64,000 nucleotides of DNA from NCBI RefSeq assembly GCF_009914755.1, contig NC_060938.1; one strand, written 5' to 3'. Position numbers and translations under genes: made by a program. Within the stretch, counting starts at the first letter, position 1. Every line of letters begins with the position of its first letter. The notes below the pieces were generated by a model. It did no database searches, was not told where the DNA came from, and worked only from the letters and a program-made list of their open reading frames with translations. Source of the stretch: the human T2T-CHM13v2.0 reference genome, Homo sapiens. Shown here piece by piece: positions 54,701 through 64,000 of this stretch.

Positions 54701-55361
54701 CATGTCAGCCTTTATTTATGGGTGGTGGTAGGAATTCTTCCTTTGAGGCGCCATGGATTGCTTCTGCAGAGAGATGTCTGTGGACCCCTGGAGCTTACTA
54801 TGAAGAGGGCATACTGTGGTGGGGGGTCACTCTCTTCCCCTGTGAGGCCATCAGCACAAAAGTTTGTGTTTTCTGGGATCAACAGATGCCCTCAGGGCAA
54901 AAGGGGCTCTGTGCTCATTTGTCTTTTGGGGAACCCCTGTTTTTCTCTTTAGTTTTTGCCTAGTAATTCTTTACTGTCTTCACAGCCATTTGAAGCCTTT
55001 AGAAGTGCTTTTTGTTTGCTTGCTTAACTGTGTTACCTGGCATTTTTGGTTATTTCACCAGAAACATTGATCTACAGCTAGTCCACCAGTATTGGAATGG
55101 AATAGGAAGTGTGAACCCCGAATATCTGAGATAGGTCTCAGTTAATTTAGAAAGTTTGTTTTGCCAAGGTTGAGGACACGTGTCCATCACACACCCTCAG
55201 GAGGTCCTGACAACGTGTGCCCAAGGTGGTCAGGGCACAACTTGGTTTTATACATTTTAGGGAGACATGAGACATCAGTCAATAAATGTAAGATGTACAT
55301 TGATTTTGTCCAGAAAGGCAGGACAACTCAAGCAAGGATGGAGCTTCCAGGTCATAGGTAG

Positions 55362-55627
<266 letters not shown>

Positions 55628-58479
55628 TGATCCGCCCACCTCGGCCTCCCAAAGTGCTGGGATTACAAGCATGAGCTGTTGCATTCTTTTGCATTTCTGA
55701 TGAGCCTTTCCAAAGGAGGCGATCAGGTATGCATTTATCTCAGTGAGCTGAGGGATGACTTTGAATAGAATGGTAGGCAGGTTTACCCTAAGCAGTTCCC
55801 AGTTTGACTTTTCCCTTTTGCTTAGTGAATTTGGGGCCCCAAGATTTATTTTTCTTTCACATTTACCCCCTTTTCTTTTTAAAAATCTCTTGGAGAAAGC
55901 ATTTTTGGAGAAAGCATTTTAGAAGAAAATGAGTCTCTGGTCTCAGGTTTTGTCTGATCTCTCATGGCTAGGATGGTTTATTCCTAGACAGGTAGGTCCT
56001 GAGTTATTAGGAATTATATTAATAGAATAATATTAGGAATATTATTTTAGCAGGTTGAGAAGTCTCATGTCCTATGAAGAGAAAATAGGGGGAGGAAGGG
56101 AGAAAAACAACAACAAACAAAACAACAATCCTGGAAAATTGATAGAGGCCACGTTACTCTGAAGTCCATGTATCAGTAGGCAGGTATGAAAGTGGCTTAT
56201 GTATGTAAATAGGTTGCTGTTATTTTCTTCTGAAGTTTAGTTGTCTGGATTAAGTTTGCAAGGCTTTAAGAAGCACAGCTTAGTTTTCAGTGATTTCAAA
56301 TTAGGAAAAAACGGAAGGAAAAGGAAAAGAAAGAAAAAATTGAAAACATTATTTTGGAAACTTATAGCCAGGAAAAATTAGAATTCAGCCCAAACTATAG
56401 AAAATAATAAAAACTGGAAAACATTAGGACTAGAATCTAGCAACAGGTGTGTTATAGTTTTTGAAATAGAATTCGTCTCTCTCTCCAGTTTCCCGTTTTT
56501 ACTAAAGACAAATCATGGTAGGACTGATTTGCTTTATTATACTTGGACAGATTATTTGTATAAAGTGCAGCGAGAGTAATTATTTCTCACATAGGCTTTT
56601 AAAATTGGCTTTGGTGGAACTTTGTTCCATTGAAGGAGTCTCAGATAAGGCTTTTTAAAAGACAAGCCCAGCCGTGGATTTGTACCATCAAATAACTATG
56701 AGTCAGGTGAATTTTTCTTCCTCTTGAAGTCCCATGATAACCTGGGGCTCCTGGGCCTGTCAGAAAGTGACATTCTTTACTTACCACAGGTCAGGAACCC
56801 TGTACAGGGACTGTGTAGACAAGGTATGAGGCTAGTTTTCCCAAGGGGATTTTATTGGCTCTGTAAGTTAAGTTTGATTCCTTAAAGGAAAGCATACCAT
56901 TCTAGTCAAAGCCTTGGTAAAATAACCAGTTTCGCCTGTTACAAATGAAAACAAACTTTTATTGTACTTATGCAAATAACTATATTGCCATACATTAAGA
57001 ATACTCACAGATAGTTTCCAAATTCTGGAGGAATCAAGTAGAGAGAAACAAATATCCTCCAAATTTTGTTCATAGGAGTATACCTAGTTTCTGTCAATAG
57101 CTCAAAAGAAAAGTTTCCTTGACTCTAAAAAACAAAGGATCAGCAACGTTTTAAGCAAAAAGTCAAAAAGATAACTTCAGTCCACTATTAGTTCAGTCCA
57201 TGCAGTTAATTCCTGTTCTGCTTGATATCCATGAACATTTCGCTCTCCATGAGTCCTGAAAGTTTTTCGTCATCCTGATGTCACAATCTCCAAAGTTATC
57301 AGAAACCTGCATTCAAGAGCACCTGTTAGAGTTTTATAGCTGATTTTAAAACCACCTTCTAAAGAGGACCAAAAGGAGACAACAATTGTCTGTAGATGAC
57401 AAAAAGTTTTTATGGCAGCCATATTCAGAGACACAACTGACAAGGAAATTTATTGTCTCTGTGGCACACAATAATTTAACATAACAATTATAATTATTAC
57501 TGCTAATAGGCACTAAGTCATACCAGAATTATAGGAGTTTCCTATAATTTTGCAACACATACCAATAACATTTATACAAATACAGCCCAAAGAAAGCCAA
57601 ACAGCATTTTATATTTGACAATGCTTCCTGTATAATTTTTAAACCAAATAAGCCAAATATGCCATTTTTGGACTTTAGGGAACCTAATATCTTAAAAGAT
57701 TAATTAGGTCAGAAAAAGACATAATTTATAACTTGATTTTGGAAAGTTTGTCCAATATCAAGGGTTTAAAACACATGATATCACAAAATAGGATCACAAG
57801 TCATTATGAAATAAGTCATTCATTTAACTAAAGTGATAACTCAAAGATTTCCATAAAAAGGTGAAAACCTTCATTCTTTGAGAAAGGAGACTTAATTTTC
57901 CAAACAATAAGCCCAATAAAAGCAGCATGAAGCCAATTAAATTTCTTTTCCAAAATTTTATAATCTATAATATTTTAATCTTGACCATAATATATAACTT
58001 CCATAAGCCTTTTATAACCTTTATAGCCTTTATTAAGGAGTTGGCTAATGCTTCAAGAAAAGCTTGTTAATCCGACATAGGAGCCCGTATGCTGGTCTTG
58101 CATCAGTGTACCTATGACGTTAATGGTTAACTTATAGAGAAACTGAACTTATTTTATCTCTCAAAATCGACCCTTACAATCTCACGCACCCCCCTCTTCC
58201 ACTATAGTCCCTGGGCCTTGAGGAGTTGAATAGCTTTAATTTCTGGCCCTGCATCTCAGGAATGGAGTTTATTTCGATTGGCATCTCCTTCCAGGCCTGA
58301 AGATGAGGCTTTAATTGCTATCACTGTTTAACATTTAACAGGACCTGGTGTCCTTTTTAGACCCAGGAGTCAAAGCCCTGTAACTCAGTGTCACAAGGAC
58401 TTTAAAAGCACATACAGAAAGATACATGGATGTAATAACCTTAATTTTATTATTTTTTATTTTTATTTTTATTTTTTGA

Positions 58480-58743
<264 letters not shown>

Positions 58744-58991
58744 TGAGCCCCCACACCTGGCCGATAACCTTAATTAAAAAAAAATTTTTTTTAATCTCAG
58801 TTTTTTCCTAAGCAAACCAAATTTAATAATAATGGCATAGGAATTATTTTGATAAAATGTAAAATCTGTTAGACCAATTACCAAAAGGCAAAAGAAGAGA
58901 CCTTCTGCAGTGCACAGATTATATTGGAAGAAAACATTCCTTTTAGACCTTTAAAAAAATGTTAGAGGACAGATGCGGTGGCTCACACCTA

Positions 58992-59360
<369 letters not shown>

Positions 59361-60672
59361 CTATTTCACACCTTTAAAAAGGGGAGAGAAAACCGAAAAT
59401 GGCAAGATGCAAGAAAGGTTGAACTTTGGGTTAAAAAAAATTACAATCTCTTATCATTTATTAAGAGTAAATCAATCCCTTAAGAAAATGTTACTGTTCT
59501 AGTCAGTTCTTTAGTGTGTAAGTGGTTTTTTTTTTAACATCAAACTCAGTCTCTAGAAAGACCATTTTAATTTCTCTTTAATTTGATCATATAAAAGTTT
59601 TGTCTTTTTAATAAATCCTCTTATTGTGACTTACATACACCATTCATGACATGCTTGGACTTCCCGAATGTCCCTCTTTCTTAAATAACCAGTCATTTTA
59701 TTCTAGGACTGCACTTACCATTCAAGATTGTTTCTCATATAAAATTATTTCTCTTTAAGCTTTCTTACCAAAAAATACCTCTTTATTGCTGTAACTTTCT
59801 ATATATTTCTCTTATTTCCTGGTTCCTTTTACCTTGTTTTATACATAACCTTTAAATAAGCTTTGAATTAGACAAAAATTGTTCACCTTTTTAAAAAGGA
59901 CACATGTATTTTTTTAGAATGTTTTCCTACAATATATTTTTATTGGAATATACCTAAATAATGAAATATCTGTTATTTAATTTAACTTTAGATTCTAAAT
60001 TATGACAAGTTTGTCTACAAGTATTTATTTCATTACATTTACCTAATTATTTTATTCTAATCATTTACCTAGATTACTTATGAAAACTACAACAGTCATC
60101 ATTTAAAGTTGTGAAGCTTGCCATTGCAAAATTATAACAGAGACAGTGAAAAAGATATGATCTGACCGCCTCCATCTTGCTTCTAACCTCCAAGCTGTCC
60201 TTGTTCATTGCTGAGCATAGGCCAAACTAACTTTGGGAGGAACTTAGTTTATAGTTTTGAAATAAAGACAACAGCAGTCCTTTCTCTAAACAAACCTCCT
60301 TACTGCCTGTGGACTAGACTGCCTAAAGCCACAAGATTAGAAGTTATGGTAATTTTACTAAATAATTCAAGATGTAGCTGTTTTCATTAAATTAATATCA
60401 ATATCTTATTTATTAAAAATTATACAAGCAAAGATCATTCTGTTTTAAGCTGGGTTTATAGTTTTGTAACCCCTATGCCAAATTTTGACACCTAATATTA
60501 CTTGGCAGGGATAAGTATGTCCTGGTCCCTCATGCATCAGAGGGTGCAAGAGAAAGGAGAGACAGCAGAAGTAAATGAAGAAAACAGAATTCAATCAACT
60601 GAGAAGAAAACTCTCGCTCAAAAAAAAAGACAGTGTCCTAGGAGAAAAACAAAAAGTATGAAGGCCTTTTAA

Positions 60673-60673
<1 letters not shown>

Positions 60674-60713
<40 letters not shown>
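60674..60713. repeat. (CA)n microsatellite inside the provirus
   Basis: Perfect CA run. Confidence 0.95.
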
Positions 60714-60716
<3 letters not shown>

Positions 60717-61307
60717 CTTGGATGTTACCTTTTAATTAAACTGACTTTTAACCATTGAGCTTCTTTTAAAAAACTTTTTAAATCTCATTACCATATTTCA
60801 GCTGGCACAAATTGCTACTATTGCAGAAGTACCAAGCATCAAACCAGAAAGGGCTTGATTTAGGAACCAAACCCAGGCTGTCCCGGTGGAAAAAAAAGAA
60901 GGCAGAACCCTTAGCTATGGAACTGCAGCATGGGGCGACAGCCATCACTCTTTTGGTTTGGCATGGCTAGCAAAAAGGTGGCCGTGTGACGTAAATAAAG
61001 CCCTTTAAGTCAAAAAATCTTTCCTTTTTTTTTTCCCCTTTTGCTGGCCATTTCCCCCCCCCCCCCACACCGACAACACTTTTGTGTGTGTTGGGGGTGA
61101 GGGGGATTTAGCCACTTCAGAGGCCTCGTTCCCCATAATTTGGAACTTTCCTGTGGATTTGATCAGGTCGGATAGAGTTGATGAAACCCAATGGGAAAAA
61201 GACCAAAACAACAACAAAAACAGAAACAAAGACAAAACAGTCAAGCAAAACAAACGATGGCACAACTTATACGATTACTGAATGCTTTAATGGTAAGGAG
61301 CAAATAA

Positions 61308-61508
<201 letters not shown>

Positions 61509-62049
61509 TAGTAGAGATGGGGTTTCACCATGTTGGCTAGGCTGGTTTTGAACTCCTGACCTCAAGTGATCCACCCGCCTTGGCCTCTCAAACTGCTGGG
61601 ATTACAGGTGTGAGCCACTGCGCCCGGCATGTTAATCTTAACTTTAGCCAAGACGAACCCCAATTCAGTTACTGACCTAGGCCTATGGATGGGTCTCAGT
61701 CTGAAGACTGCTCTGTGCCATCCAAGAAGCAGGAAAAATCTCAAATTCGTCTTCCCTGTTGGAAGCGAGCTCAAACTCCATAAAGGAGTTCATGCCTTCC
61801 ATCGTGGAAGCAGGAAAAACTTGCCTTCTTTGTGTTGGAAGCAAGTAAAACATCAAAAAAAAAAAAAAAGGAGTTGTACAGCAAAATAAACTTTAAATCT
61901 CATCCAGATTTTGGGAAATCAGAGATTCTCTGGAGGGGTGCTTCCAGGCCTCAGCAAATTGTCCTGTTGGTTTGAGCCATAAAGATAGCTCAAGCTGGTA
62001 CAAGCACCAGTAGGAGATTTGTCAAAGGTTAGGGGCACCTTCACTCAGA

Positions 62050-62067
62050 ATCCTTTCGTGGTTACCA
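62050..62067 (-). other. Retroviral primer-binding site, tRNA-Arg(TCG)-like
   Basis: Plus strand ATCCTTTCGTGGTTACCA versus recalled tRNA-Arg(TCG) 3' end ATCCCTTCGTGGTTACCA; 3 nt from the LTR. Confidence 0.7.
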
Positions 62068-62807
62068 GAATGTGAACCCCGAATATCTGAGACTGGTGTC
62101 AGTTAATTTAGAAAGTTTATTTTGCCAAGGTTGAAGACGTGCGCCTGTCACACAGCCTCAACAGGTCCTGACGATATGTGCTCATGGTGGTCGGGGCACA
62201 GTTTGGTTTTGTACATTTTAGGGAGACATGAGACATCAATCAGTATATGTAAGATATATATTGGTTCCCTCTAGAAAGGCAGGACAACTCAAGCAGGGAG
62301 AGGGCTTCCAGGTCACAGGTAGGTGAGAGACAAATGGTTGCATTCTTTTGAATTTCTGCTTAGGTTTTCCAGAGGAGGCAAATCAGATTTTTCTCAGTGA
62401 GCAGAGGAATGACTTTGAATAGAATGAGAGGCAGGTTTGGCCTAAGCAGTTCCCAGTTTGACTTCCCCTTTAGCTTAGTGATTTGGGGGCCCCAAGATTT
62501 ATTTTCCTTTCACAGGAGGAACTCTGACTTTTGAAAAAAAGATCTGTGCTGCTCTCTTATCTACTCACATCATGGCACTCATGAAAAATGCCAACATTTG
62601 CGTGATACCCTTGGGAACTAGATATAGCTGCTTGCTGTGAGAGTGACTGGCCAAGGGGCCTGAGGCTCTGATCTCAGAAGTAGCCAAAGACTCAAAGTGT
62701 GTCGGCTTGCCTTACCTATTGGAGGCACTCCAGCGGGGAGGTACAGCTTCACAGGATGCATTTATGAAAGAGAACTGAACTTCCAGCTAAAGCAGATAGA
62801 TACTTTC

Positions 62808-62881
62808 AGAGAGAGAGGAGAGAGAGAGAGAGAGAGGGAGAGACAGACAGAGACAGAGAGAGAAAGAGAAAGAAAGAAAAG
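62808..62881. repeat. GA-rich simple repeat
   Basis: (GA)n purine tract. Confidence 0.9.
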
Positions 62882-62927
62882 CACGGACAGCTTTCCTGGT
62901 TCTGCCCTCCCACTATTAGGTGTAGGG

Positions 62928-63335
62928 CAGAGTTCCTCAACCTCAGCACTATTGACAGATAATACTTTGTTGTGGAGGACTACCTGTACATAGTAGGATG
63001 TTTAGCAACATCTCTGGCTTCTACCCATTGGATGCTAGAAGCAACACCCAACCTCATTTCCCAGTCGCCACTGCTAAAAGTATCTCCAGACGTTGCCAAA
63101 TGTTCCTGGGGCCCAGAATCATCCCCAGTTGAGAACTGCTGGTGTAGGGCAGTCAGTGGTTCTCAAACTTGAGCATGCGTTAGAATCCCCAGGAGGGCTT
63201 GTTAAAACAGTGCTGGTTCTCTCCTCCAGCCTCTGATGCACTAATTCTGGGGCGGGATCTGAGATTTTTCATCCTTAACAAGCTCCCAGGTGATGCTAAT
63301 ATGGCTGGTGGATGACCCCGCTTTTGAGAGCCACT
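62928..63335. mobile_element. MER20 (~62928-63141) followed by MER5A (~63154-63335)
   Basis: ctcaacctcagcactattgaca..ccccagttgagaactgctg; cagtggttctcaaacttgagcatgcgttagaatc..ttttgagagccact. Confidence 0.8.
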
Positions 63336-64000
63336 AATGTGGAGAAGAAACACTTGAGTTAGAAATCAGGACACTTCAGTTCTAATTCCATCTCTGACTG
63401 TGATTGTGTGACCCTAGGCAAGGTGCTGCGTTTTTCTGTTTCTTTGCTCAAAGTGAGGAGATCAGACTGACTCTTTTCTTAGGTCACTTACCATATTAAT
63501 GAAATCTCTGAAACCCTCATGTTCTTGCGTGTAACACAGTGGTTCTCAAGGTTTGGTTCATTCAGTGCCTGTTCTAGTGTCTGAAGGCAACTACTCCTTT
63601 ACCCTTCTTTTTCTTCTGTATTCAGTATTTGCTTTAGGGTCCAAGAAAGAGTTGAATGGCTTGAGAAGGAGGCTTAGAAAATAATCAAATGCCCATTTTT
63701 TTCATGGTAGTATGAATATATCTTTTAAAAAATAACTGCATTTTCAAATGTAGTCAGTCACCTAACAAATCCCAGTGTGGCATTAGCAATCCGTGGGAAG
63801 GTCTTAATCAATTTGTCCTTGTACCTATTAATTTAAATACCATGGTTGTATGTTGGGTGTTGGGGCTTTTTGTAAGAAGGAATATAAGCAACACTGCAAG
63901 ACTCATGAGATGAAATGCAAATAGAACTTTTTGAAACTAAGAAGCAGTGCTATTTTAGATGAGGGAAAAAACACTGCTTTTTACATCTTAGTAGGAAATC

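Noticed and set aside
62048-62067. tRNA gene
   Set aside because: Only the 3'-terminal ~18-20 nt including CCA are present, next to an LTR, so it is a PBS

Overview
Human or closely related primate genomic DNA, very rich in Alu, L1 and LTR repeats. A CpG island at ~26.1-27.6 kb holds a first exon ending in ATG AG|GTGAGT. This fits the distal first exon of EVL (Ena/VASP-like; protein starts M-S-E-Q-S-I-C-Q). The assignment rests on recall and on the neighbouring VDAC3 and RPS2 retrocopies, which I recall at 14q32.2; I could not verify it here. Everything after ~27.1 kb would then be EVL intron 1. Other main contents: (1) a VDAC3 processed pseudogene nested in a solo LTR that is itself inside MER58A; (2) an antisense RPS2 processed pseudogene; (3) a GGT/GAT repeat region spanning ~1.7 kb, split by a MER4A solo LTR; (4) a ~7.4 kb two-LTR MER4-group provirus with PBS and PPT; (5) a MER75 piggyBac MITE inside Tigger2 inside L1; (6) a strong CTCF-type motif near 1.6 kb. 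Nearly all ORF-track entries are Alu, L1, simple-repeat or GC-rich artefacts. I see no convincing new multi-gene system. The best leads are the uORF and alternative-exon layout of the island and the pure GGT/GAT array. Repeat family names come from recalled consensus sequences, and most repeat boundaries are approximate.
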